Of a stretch of DNA of 64,000 bases, positions 1 to 8,059 are shown one piece after another. How positions within the stretch are numbered: position 1 is the stretch's first letter; each line of letters opens with the position of its first letter. A program made the position numbers and the translations under genes. The notes below the pieces were generated by a model, which was not told the DNA's origin, searched no databases, and worked only from the letters and a program-made list of their open reading frames with translations. The DNA is from Planctomycetota bacterium (GTDB taxonomy: Bacteria; Planctomycetota; Phycisphaerae; Phycisphaerales; Phycisphaeraceae), in contig JBCDIM010000013.1 of assembly GCA_038749105.1 (NCBI GenBank), positions 1,825-65,824 on the forward strand, given 5' to 3'.

Positions 1-437
1 CGGCCGCCGCGTTCGGGGACCGGGCGTACATCGGGCGGTTCTGCACCGTCGGGCTGGTGGACATGGGCCAGGACGCGAAGCTGGCGGACGGTGTGCAGGT
101 CTTGAGCGGGGCACACCAGCACGGCGACGCCCCGCGGTACGAGCGGGTCGTCATCGGGCCCCGGGCCTGGATCGGCGCGGGGGCGGTGGTGATGGCGGAC
201 GTCGGAGCGGACGCGGTGGTGGCGGCCGGGGCGGTGGTGAGGACGCCTGTCGCGGCGGGGCAGCGGGTCGCGGGCGTGCCGGCCAGGGTGATCAGCCGCG
301 GCGGCGGGTGGGGGTCAAGGCTCGGCGACAGGGCCAAAGCGACCTCAAGCGTGGTCTTTGACGAAGCACTGATCAATCAACGGCGGGAAGACGGCGATGG
401 CTGCGAGAAAGATGGCGGGGAGCGGCAAGCGGCGTGA
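1..437 (+). CDS. Hexapeptide-repeat (left-handed beta-helix) acetyltransferase, 3' part; 5' end lies outside the window
   Basis: Frame is open from the window edge. IGPRAWIGAGAVVMADVGADAVVAAGAVVRTPVAAGQRVAGVP shows the hexapeptide periodicity of sugar O-acetyltransferases. The stop overlaps the next start (GTGA at 434-437). Confidence 0.6.
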   Translation, partial: AAAFGDRAYIGRFCTVGLVDMGQDAKLADGVQVLSGAHQHGDAPRYERVVIGPRAWIGAGAVVMADVGADAVVAAGAVVRTPVAAGQRVAGVPARVISRGGGWGSRLGDRAKATSSVVFDEALINQRREDGDGCEKDGGERQAA

Positions 438-1513
438 GGGTGCGGGTGGTCGAACAGCTCGACGCCGGCTTCGCGGATGCGATCCGGGGGTACGTCGCTT
501 CGCAGCCGGAGGCCCGAGGGGCGTGCATGGAGCAAGACCCGGCTTGGCTCGGCGTGCTGCGGGATGGCCTCGGGCATCGGCCTCGGCTGATCGTGGCGGA
601 ACAGGACGGGGCACTGGTCGGCGTGCTGCCGCTGGCGGGCGTGCGGTCGGTGCTGTTCGGACGGTTCTTGGTGAGCCTGCCGTATCTGAACCGGGCCGGG
701 ATCGTGGCGGCGGACGACGCGGTGGCGCTCACGCTCTGGCAGGCAGCGAAGGACGAGGCGGCAGCGGCGGACGCGAAGTACCTGGAGCTCCGGCATCACG
801 CGTGGCGGCTGGGCGGGATGGAACAGGATGGCCTGGGCATCAGCCAGACCAAGGCGGAGAAATCGCGGATGGTCATGGCGTTGCCGACCGATGCCGACGC
901 CTTGTGGACCGGGCTGTCGGCGAAGGTCCGGAACCAGGTCCGCAAGGGCGACAAGCACGGGCTCAAGATCGCGTTCGGCGGGCGGGAGCTGCTCGACGGT
1001 TTCTACAGCGTGTTCGCGGTAAACATGCGGGACCTCGGGACGCCGGTGTACCCACGGAAGCTGTTCGCGGCGATGCTGGAACACCTGGGCGACGCGTGCG
1101 AGCTGGCTGTGGTCACGCAGGAAGGGGCGGCGATCGCGGGTGCGGTGCTGATGCACGATGAGCGCACGGGGCAAGGCATGAGTCAGGTCCCCTCGGCGAG
1201 CTGCCTCCGGCAGATGAACCACACCAACGCGAACATGTGGATGTACCACCGGCTGCTGTGCCGAGCGATCGAGCGCGGATCTACGCGTTTCGACTTCGGG
1301 CGCAGCAGCGAGGGCAGCGGGACCTGGCGGTTCAAGAAGCAGTGGGGGGCGCTGCCCGAACCCACGGCTTGGGAAGTACATCTGAGGAAGGGCGAAGTGG
1401 ACGCGGTGCGGCCGGACAACCCGAAATTTCAGCGGCGGATCGAGGCGTGGCAGAAGCTGCCGGTGTGGGTGACACGGCTTGCCGGGCCGGTGGTGGTGCG
1501 GGGGATTCCTTGA
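434..1513 (+). CDS. FemAB-like protein of the kind associated with PEP-CTERM/exosortase EPS loci
   Basis: 359 aa. GVLPLAGVRSVLFGRFLVSLPYLNRAGI and C-terminal RFDFGRSSEGSGTWRFKKQWGALPEP match my recollection of the FemAB-related PEP-CTERM-associated family (TIGR03019, accession from memory). Strong GC3 bias; coupled to the upstream acetyltransferase. Confidence 0.65.
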   Translation: MRVRVVEQLDAGFADAIRGYVASQPEARGACMEQDPAWLGVLRDGLGHRPRLIVAEQDGALVGVLPLAGVRSVLFGRFLVSLPYLNRAGIVAADDAVALTLWQAAKDEAAAADAKYLELRHHAWRLGGMEQDGLGISQTKAEKSRMVMALPTDADALWTGLSAKVRNQVRKGDKHGLKIAFGGRELLDGFYSVFAVNMRDLGTPVYPRKLFAAMLEHLGDACELAVVTQEGAAIAGAVLMHDERTGQGMSQVPSASCLRQMNHTNANMWMYHRLLCRAIERGSTRFDFGRSSEGSGTWRFKKQWGALPEPTAWEVHLRKGEVDAVRPDNPKFQRRIEAWQKLPVWVTRLAGPVVVRGIP

Positions 1514-1515
1514 AA

Positions 1516-1602
1516 GAAGTTGGAAGTTGGAATCAGGAATTTGGAAGCAAGCCAGGGCTTCCCTTCAATCCTTCCAACTTCTAAATTCCAGCTTCCAAAT
1601 TC
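1516..1602. repeat. Two inverted arrays of a GAAnnTG heptamer forming a long imperfect hairpin between convergent genes; candidate bidirectional terminator
   Basis: 1516-1550 reads GAAGTTG GAAGTTG GAATCAG GAATTTG GAAGCAA. The reverse complement of 1568-1602 reads GAATTTG GAAGCTG GAATTTA GAAGTTG GAAGGAT. Exact 12-nt complements: 1515-1526/1571-1582 and 1537-1548/1591-1602. Central hairpin GGAAGC-N8-GCTTCC at 1543-1562. Confidence 0.7.
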
Positions 1603-1606
1603 TCTA

Positions 1607-3199
1607 TCACACCACCGGCATCAGTGGGGCACTACGCGTTTCAATCACCAGGGGAAGTGTGAGGCCAAAGGTTGCGCCGTGACCAAGGTCGGACTCGAGG
1701 GTGATCTCGCCCTGGAGCATGGCGGCGAGCTCCTGGCAGATGGTGAGGCCGAGCCCCGTACCGCCGTGGGCTTTGGTGACCGAGGGATCGAGCTGTGAGA
1801 ACTTCTCGAAGACCTTGGGATGGTCTTCGGGCGCGATGCCCGGCCCCGTGTCGGTCACGGCGAGCCGGACACGGGGCGAGCCCATCGGGTCTTCGGAGGG
1901 GACCGCAGAAGCGACCAGCGTCACCCGGCCGCCCTCGGGAGTGAACTTGATCGCGTTCGACAGGAAGTTGAAGAGGATCTGGTGAAGCTTGCCTGGGTCG
2001 GTCTCGATGGCGGGGAGCTTGGGGGCGACCTCTACACCGAGCTGGATGCCGGCCTTCTCGGCGACGGGGCGGATCAGCGTGATCAGGCCCTCCACGGTGT
2101 CGGCGATCGACACGGTCTGCCGATTCAGCTCGACCCGGCCGGCCTCGATCTTCGCCAGGTCGAGCAGGTCGTTGATGAGGTCCAGAAGCCGACGCGAAGA
2201 GGTGATGATGTTGGCGGCGTAGCGTTTGCGCTTGTCATCGATCGGCCCGGTGCGGTCGGCCAGCGTTTCCTGCAAGACCTCGGCGAACCCGATGATCGAG
2301 TTGAGCGGGGTGCGGAGCTCATGGGACACGTTGGCGAGGAACTCGCCCTTGAGCTTGTTGGCCTCGTAGAGTGAGACGTTGGACTCGGCCAGCTCACCGA
2401 GCCGAAGGTCGAGGGTCTTGTTGGCGGCGGAGAGCTGGTCCTGGCGGTCGCGGAGGCGTTCGACCATGGTGTTGAAGACGTCGGAGAGGTCTTGGAATTC
2501 GTCGCCGGTGTTGATGTCCGAGCGGACCTGGGTCTGGCCGTCGGCGACCTTCTGTGCGTAGGTGCGCAGCAGGCGGACGGGCGAGAGGATAAGGCGTGTG
2601 GTGATGAACCAGAACACCGCGATGGCGAGCAGCCCGGCGAGGAGCCCCGCCGCGACGATGTAGATGCGGTTCGCCACCGTCTGGCGGGGCGTGGAGTCGT
2701 CGCGGAGGGTGACGACCCAGAGCTCGGTGATCCGGTTGGGGTTGGCGAACTCACGCTCGGCCTGGAGTGACGGCGGGCGGGGCTTGGCATCGGCGCGGCG
2801 GAACACGCGGAGATACCGGTGTCGGATCCGGCCTTCGTCGTCGATGGTGGTTTCGATCTGGTCGTGCTTGTCGGGCACCGCCCGGAACAGCTCGACGATG
2901 GGCGTGAGCTGGGGCTGGCTCTCCAGGAAGAGGGTGAGGCTGTCGCCGGGCACGAAGCGGATGGCGATGGCGGGGTCGTCGTCGGCGGCCTGGGTGGCGA
3001 CGGGGTTGCTGAGGAAGGCCTCGGGCTGCTGGCGGGCGAGGGTGACCGCGTCGCGGGCGCGCTCGAGGGGCTGGACCTTCACCAGCGTCTGCATGCGGGT
3101 CCAGACCACGGCAAGGGCCGCGGTGAGGATCAGCAGCACGGCGGCCCCAAAGAGCAGCTGGCACTTGTTGGCGAGGCTGATGCCGACGCGTTTGGGCAT
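1607..3199 (-). CDS. Sensor histidine kinase (2 TM segments, extracytoplasmic domain, HAMP, HisKA, HATPase_c)
   Basis: H-box SHELRTPLNSIIGFAEVL, N-box FNFLSNAIKFTPEGG, G1 DTGPGI, G2 GGTGLGL. N-terminal TM LLFGAAVLLILTAALAVVW and second TM before a HAMP-like segment. No response regulator is adjacent. Confidence 0.9.
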   Translation of the reverse strand: MPKRVGISLANKCQLLFGAAVLLILTAALAVVWTRMQTLVKVQPLERARDAVTLARQQPEAFLSNPVATQAADDDPAIAIRFVPGDSLTLFLESQPQLTPIVELFRAVPDKHDQIETTIDDEGRIRHRYLRVFRRADAKPRPPSLQAEREFANPNRITELWVVTLRDDSTPRQTVANRIYIVAAGLLAGLLAIAVFWFITTRLILSPVRLLRTYAQKVADGQTQVRSDINTGDEFQDLSDVFNTMVERLRDRQDQLSAANKTLDLRLGELAESNVSLYEANKLKGEFLANVSHELRTPLNSIIGFAEVLQETLADRTGPIDDKRKRYAANIITSSRRLLDLINDLLDLAKIEAGRVELNRQTVSIADTVEGLITLIRPVAEKAGIQLGVEVAPKLPAIETDPGKLHQILFNFLSNAIKFTPEGGRVTLVASAVPSEDPMGSPRVRLAVTDTGPGIAPEDHPKVFEKFSQLDPSVTKAHGGTGLGLTICQELAAMLQGEITLESDLGHGATFGLTLPLVIETRSAPLMPVV

Positions 3200-3235
3200 G
3201 CGGAGAGTCTACGGCTCAGCGGCCCGGCGCGCGGG

Positions 3236-3718
3236 TCAGCTGACGGCCCAGACGATCAGCAGGATGACGATCAGGGTGATAAACCCGATGAGCGAGCCAA
3301 CGATGATTCGGCGGGACCGGGTGCGGGCCTGGTGTTCGAGCCGATCCCGCCGGTTCGCTTCGATCCACTGCTCGGCGGTGATCCGCTCGCTCGACGGGTA
3401 AACCGCCAGCTCGTCTTCCAGGCGGAGCGCGGTGTTGCGGAGCATCGTCCCGACCTTGTGCTTGCCCGGGGGCTTGAGCCGGTTCGGCGTCTCCGCAAAC
3501 ACCGCAACCGTCATCCGCCCGCGGTCGTAGTTGACCGTTGCGCGTTGGGGCAGCTCGTGGATGAACACACCCGCCCCGGCACGCTTGCCCCCGCGCTCGG
3601 CCAGCAGCTTGCCTTCGTCGCGGCGGCAGACGAAACCCATCCCGCGCAGCGCGTCTTGCGCCAAGCCCTGGGCGTCAGATTCTTCGAGGGTGGTAATCCA
3701 TTCGTGTTCGACCAGCAT
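3236..3718 (-). CDS. Hypothetical C-terminally anchored membrane protein
   Basis: Start chosen at MLVEHEW (ATG 3718) because GAGGAA lies about 7 nt upstream; the ORF extends to 3781. Single C-terminal TM IIVGSLIGFITLIVILLIVWAVS. No family recognised. Confidence 0.5.
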   Translation of the reverse strand: MLVEHEWITTLEESDAQGLAQDALRGMGFVCRRDEGKLLAERGGKRAGAGVFIHELPQRATVNYDRGRMTVAVFAETPNRLKPPGKHKVGTMLRNTALRLEDELAVYPSSERITAEQWIEANRRDRLEHQARTRSRRIIVGSLIGFITLIVILLIVWAVS

Positions 3719-3782
3719 GCTGAATTCCTCGCTCGATCTTGGTCCTTGGCCCCCAGGCCCGAAAGACAGCCTTCCCCGCACG

Positions 3783-4664
3783 CTACATCAACCAGCCCTC
3801 AACCCCGACCACCAGCCCGTTGTGCACCGCATGGAAAACGATACACGGCCAGAGGGAGCCGCTCTTGACCCGCAGCCAGCCCGCGACAAGCCCCATCAGG
3901 AACTGAGGGATGGCGACCGTGAGGTGGATCACCGAAAACAGGGCGGAGGAAACGATGACGGCGTCGCGGGTCTTCATAAACCGCTGCAGGCCGGGCAGGA
4001 TGAGCCCACGGAACATGACCTCTTCGACAACCGCGGGCTGAATGACAAAGCTGATCATGACCACAGCCCAGCCGTAGCCCGCATCGAAATAGCCCTGGGT
4101 CTCGTACGCGCTCTCGAAGCCGACGAGGTTGTGCAAAGCGCTGACAAAGACCCAGGCGAACGCCATGGACGGGATGCCGATGAGGGCCGCGAGGGCGGTG
4201 TAGCCGAGGCTGAGTCGGCGGAGCGGGCCGATCAGCACGGTGAAGAACACCACGGCAAACGCGAGCACGATCAGGGTGTCCAACGCCTGGATCGCCAGAA
4301 CCTGGCGCACGGTGAGTTCCCCGGCGTACGCGAACATCGCAAAGAGCGAGGTAGCGAGAAAAAGGAAGTAGAGCCAGAGACTCGCGGCGAGGCCCGGAGC
4401 GTTGGGGTCTGCGTCCGGCTCGATCCGGCGCGTCGCCTGGTGAACCCTGATGCCGCCCGCGATGCTATCGACGGTGGACGGCGGGAGGCAGCTGGGGCAG
4501 GTCTGCCAGGCGGGATCCCACTTCACACCGCACCGGGCACAGAACTTCGGCACAGGCTCGACGGGAAGGGCGGGGGTCAGCGGTGCTGCCAGGGGTTCGG
4601 CGACCTCGGGAGACGAACCGGCGGGCGTGTCGGGATGGGGGGCCGCGTCTTGCGGTTCCTGCAT
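3783..4664 (-). CDS. CPBP (CAAX/Abi) family intramembrane glutamic endopeptidase with N-terminal zinc-ribbon
   Basis: EEVMFRGLILPG (EExxxR motif) and FHAVHN (HxxxN/D motif) in a multi-TM body. N-terminal CARCGVKWDPAWQTCPSC CxxC-N11-CxxC ribbon. Confidence 0.8.
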   Translation of the reverse strand: MQEPQDAAPHPDTPAGSSPEVAEPLAAPLTPALPVEPVPKFCARCGVKWDPAWQTCPSCLPPSTVDSIAGGIRVHQATRRIEPDADPNAPGLAASLWLYFLFLATSLFAMFAYAGELTVRQVLAIQALDTLIVLAFAVVFFTVLIGPLRRLSLGYTALAALIGIPSMAFAWVFVSALHNLVGFESAYETQGYFDAGYGWAVVMISFVIQPAVVEEVMFRGLILPGLQRFMKTRDAVIVSSALFSVIHLTVAIPQFLMGLVAGWLRVKSGSLWPCIVFHAVHNGLVVGVEGWLM

Positions 4665-4676
4665 CGGGGCCTCGGC

Positions 4677-5201
4677 TTACATCGACTCGACCAGACGCTT
4701 GTGCTGGAGGCCGGCCTGCACCGCACGCACCAGCACCACCACAATGATGACCTTGATCAGGATGCCCTGGAACAGTGTGGACGGGTCGAGCGCCGCGCCG
4801 ACGCCCAGCATCGTGAGGTAGACGATCAGCCCGGTCAGGGCCGCGGGGAACGGGCTGCTCCGTGACCACCACCACAGCCCCCAATAGACCGCACTGATCG
4901 CACCCACGACCACGAGGACCAGATTCTTGTCGGGTCCCGCGGGCAGCAGCCCCGCCAGGACTGCCAAGGCCACCAACTGAAGAATGGCGACGGCGAGCAA
5001 CGCCCCGGACGCAGACTTGGCCTTCTTCAGCATCGCGTCGGACTGCAGCTCCTTGCCCACCGAAGAACGACCGAGACTCTTGTCGTCGGTCAGCGTGGGG
5101 CCGCTAAAGCTACTGGTCCCGACCGCTTTCCCGCACTCGGTGCAGAACGTGTCACGGCTCTGGACGAAGGCGTCGCAGTGTGGGCAGGGCAATCCGCTCA
5201 T
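4677..5201 (-). CDS. Zinc-ribbon domain membrane protein (hypothetical)
   Basis: N-terminal CPHCDAFVQSRDTFCTEC ribbon followed by 4 predicted TM helices. 12-nt gap to the downstream CPBP gene suggests one operon. Confidence 0.6.
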   Translation of the reverse strand: MSGLPCPHCDAFVQSRDTFCTECGKAVGTSSFSGPTLTDDKSLGRSSVGKELQSDAMLKKAKSASGALLAVAILQLVALAVLAGLLPAGPDKNLVLVVVGAISAVYWGLWWWSRSSPFPAALTGLIVYLTMLGVGAALDPSTLFQGILIKVIIVVVLVRAVQAGLQHKRLVESM

Positions 5202-5342
5202 GGCTTCTCCTCAGCTAATGGGTTCCCGTACTGGAGCCCAGAATAGCCGGGTTCAGCCGGGTCGCAAGAGGAGCACGGGCGACGGACCGCCAGCCCCACA
5301 CCGGAGAGGCTGGTGATCAACCAACGGGCTGGGCCGGGGTGA

Positions 5343-5945
5343 TCAGCCGGGCGGGAGGTTGGCTTCGTCGATCGCGGGGCCGGTCGGGCTGAGGGCGGCG
5401 ACGCGTTGGGCCTGCCGGGAAGCGAGGGGCTTGGAGTTGCCGCGGGGCATGGCGATGACACCGGTGCGGGCCAGCTCGATGATGCCGTAGGGCGTGAGCA
5501 GCTCGATAAACGCGGCCAGCTTCTCCTCGGCCCCGGCCAACTCGATCATCAGGCGGTCACCAAACACGTCCACCACCTTCGCGCGGAACAGGCTGGCAAG
5601 GGTGGTGATCTCTTCACGCTTGTCGGCGTCGCCGCCAGGCCCCTTCGTGGAGACCGAGACCATGACCAGGTCACGCTCGACGAAGGCGACGTCCTGGTAG
5701 TCAACCACCTTGACGACCGGGACAAGCTTCTGGAGCTGCTTGCGGACCTGCTCAAGCACGGCGTCGTCCCCGACCACCACGATGGTCATGCGCGACAACT
5801 CGGGGTTCTCCGTCCGGCCCACGACGAGCGAATCGATGTTGAATCCGCGGGCGGCGAACATCCCGGCCACCTGGGCCAAGACCCCGGGCTCGTTGGTAAC
5901 CAGGGCGGCGATGACGTGGCGGTAGGCGAGGGGTTCAGCGGTCAT
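5343..5945 (-). CDS. ilvN: Acetolactate synthase small (regulatory) subunit
   Basis: ACT-domain N-terminus HVIAALVTNEPGVLAQVAGMFAARGFNIDSLVVGRTENPELSRMTIVV is the classic IlvH/IlvN signature. No ilvB lies upstream in this window. Confidence 0.85.
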   Translation of the reverse strand: MTAEPLAYRHVIAALVTNEPGVLAQVAGMFAARGFNIDSLVVGRTENPELSRMTIVVVGDDAVLEQVRKQLQKLVPVVKVVDYQDVAFVERDLVMVSVSTKGPGGDADKREEITTLASLFRAKVVDVFGDRLMIELAGAEEKLAAFIELLTPYGIIELARTGVIAMPRGNSKPLASRQAQRVAALSPTGPAIDEANLPPG

Positions 5946-6239
5946 CCGCGAATCATACTGAAATGAGGTCGCTGGGCGGGTGCCGGGCTGGGGGACAACG
6001 TGTGCAAGAACTTCATCACTGATGCAGGAGTCGACTGACGGACCCCCCGAAAACGTTCACTCTCACAGGATTTCCACCGCAAGAATCCACTACAGCGGGG
6101 GCCTTACCCCCATTTATGATCTGCTAGTGCGTTATAGGGTCTGTGATAGATCCACCGGAATCGATAGGGTGAATGTTTTAGGCAGAAGCACCCTCTTACC
6201 CAGCGGCATTGTGGAAAAGTAGCCAGACACCGCCTGCTG

Positions 6240-8006
6240 CTACCGGATGAACCGCATCCTGCCGAAGTCGGGAATGGGCAACTTCCGCTCGGGCAGGGCG
6301 TAGAACGGCGTGGGGTAGTAGACAAAGAACGCCCGTCCGCCAATCAAGCCACGCGGGACACGGCCTGCGAATGTGACCGGGTCTGCCCGAGGGCTCTGGG
6401 GCGATGATCCGGCCGAGTCCGGGTTGAAGTAGCGATCCAGCACACGGGGATCGACGGTCCGCCAAAACCGGCTGTCCTCGGACCGCGTCGTGTTGTCCCC
6501 GGAGACGTAGAAGTCGTCGGGACCGAGCCGGGCGGGGGGGTTGTCAGGTCCGCCGTTGCCCTGGCGACGCAGTCCGCCGCGGGCCATCTTGGCGTCGCTC
6601 GAAACGTTGTAGTAGACATCGCGGTCCAGCTGCACCTCACGCAGCTGAGCGGGCCCACCCGTGACGGTGATCAGCACCCGGGGCAGGGGGGTCGGCCTCG
6701 GCCGGTCATAGACCTGACTCAGCGTGGCGGGCCACTGCCAGCGGAGCCGTTCTCGGCCGTTAACAAACACGATGGCGGAATGGTCGACCTGCCAGAGCTC
6801 GACCCGGGTAAAGCCATCGGAGGGGAGCGGGTCGAGCTGGACGGGGTCGACCGGCGTACGGGTGTTGCCGTCGTCATCGGTGACGCGGAGCGAGAGGGTG
6901 CCGTCTGGGTCGAAGCGGGCTTCGAGGCGTTCGAGGCCCGGGCGGTCGAGCCTGGCCGTGACCACCAACGACAGGGCCGCGCCAGGCTGGTCGGGCATGA
7001 TATCGGCGGCGAGCCGGAGGTCGGTGATGGGCTGCGGGAGGGTGGTCGAGCGTTTCTGGTTGTACGGGTAACGGTTGTCGGTACGGGCCGAGCGGTTGGC
7101 CTGGAAGTCGAAGGCGAGCCGACCCACACCGCCGTCCTCAGCGGTAAAGGTGTAGAGCGGCGAGTCGAGGTCCTCCCAGGCCCCGGCCTCGGCTTTCCAA
7201 GGCACCTCAAACCCGAAACCCTCGGGGCGCCCCGAGGTGTCGGCCGCGTCGAGCGGCGTGTATCGGCTGTGATAGATGGGCTGAAACATCGCACGCTGCA
7301 CCCGTTCCCACGCGGGGTTCTCGGCGGGGTCGGTCTTGCGAGCGATGCGGTAGGCGTCGTCGCCGGGAGCCTTGACGAACACGTCCCCGTCCAGCAGGTA
7401 GAGGCTCTCGCCGGGCAGGCCAAGCACGCGCTTGATGAAGTTGGTGTCGGGGCCGGGGCTTTTTTGCGGGCTCTTGAAGACGATCACGTCCCAGCGATCG
7501 GGGTCGGTGAAGAGGTAGGCGAGCTTGTTGACGAGGATGCGGTCGCCGGTGCCGAGGGGCGTGCCCTTGGGGACGGTGACCGGGGCGTTGGTCATGGGCG
7601 ACATGACGACCAGGGCGTCGTGGTCGTCGTTGGGGACGGTGATGTAGTCGCGGAGGAGCGTGCGTGCCCGGCCGTCGGCGTCGATCACCGTCTCGCGGTA
7701 CGCCCACTCGGGGACCTCGACCGAGAAGGCGTAGCCCGAGGTGGGATCGGTCACACGGACGTGCTGGCCGAGCAGGGTGGGGGCCATCGACCCGGTCGGG
7801 ATGATGAAGGCCTCGATCACAAACCCGCGGAAGACGAACGCCAGGATCAGCGCGAGGATGACCGACTCGATCGTCTGCTTGATCGTGGCTTCGGTGGACG
7901 GCGACGTGCTGGGCGTCGAAGCCGGCTCAGACGCGGGTGCCGGCGGGGGCTGTGCGTCAGGTTTTTCCAGCTCGGCCTCGGGTGTTTCAGGTGTGCGGTC
8001 CGCCAC
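6240..8006 (-). CDS. lepB: Signal peptidase I, unusually long (588 aa)
   Basis: Box B IPTGSMAPTLLG (Ser nucleophile), box D FIKRVLGLPGESL (Lys), box E YVSGDNTTRSEDSRFW. About 300 aa lie between boxes D and E. Confidence 0.9.
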   Translation of the reverse strand: MADRTPETPEAELEKPDAQPPPAPASEPASTPSTSPSTEATIKQTIESVILALILAFVFRGFVIEAFIIPTGSMAPTLLGQHVRVTDPTSGYAFSVEVPEWAYRETVIDADGRARTLLRDYITVPNDDHDALVVMSPMTNAPVTVPKGTPLGTGDRILVNKLAYLFTDPDRWDVIVFKSPQKSPGPDTNFIKRVLGLPGESLYLLDGDVFVKAPGDDAYRIARKTDPAENPAWERVQRAMFQPIYHSRYTPLDAADTSGRPEGFGFEVPWKAEAGAWEDLDSPLYTFTAEDGGVGRLAFDFQANRSARTDNRYPYNQKRSTTLPQPITDLRLAADIMPDQPGAALSLVVTARLDRPGLERLEARFDPDGTLSLRVTDDDGNTRTPVDPVQLDPLPSDGFTRVELWQVDHSAIVFVNGRERLRWQWPATLSQVYDRPRPTPLPRVLITVTGGPAQLREVQLDRDVYYNVSSDAKMARGGLRRQGNGGPDNPPARLGPDDFYVSGDNTTRSEDSRFWRTVDPRVLDRYFNPDSAGSSPQSPRADPVTFAGRVPRGLIGGRAFFVYYPTPFYALPERKLPIPDFGRMRFIR

Positions 8007-8059
8007 GGCGTTATCCTAATCGCGTCGGCCAGAGCCGGCCGATGTCTTGAGCAGCCCTG

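Noticed and set aside
5980-6222. 80-aa plus-strand ORF in the lepB-ilvN spacer
   Set aside because: No GC3 bias, no initiation signal, composition unlike the genome's proteins. The region is treated as non-coding.
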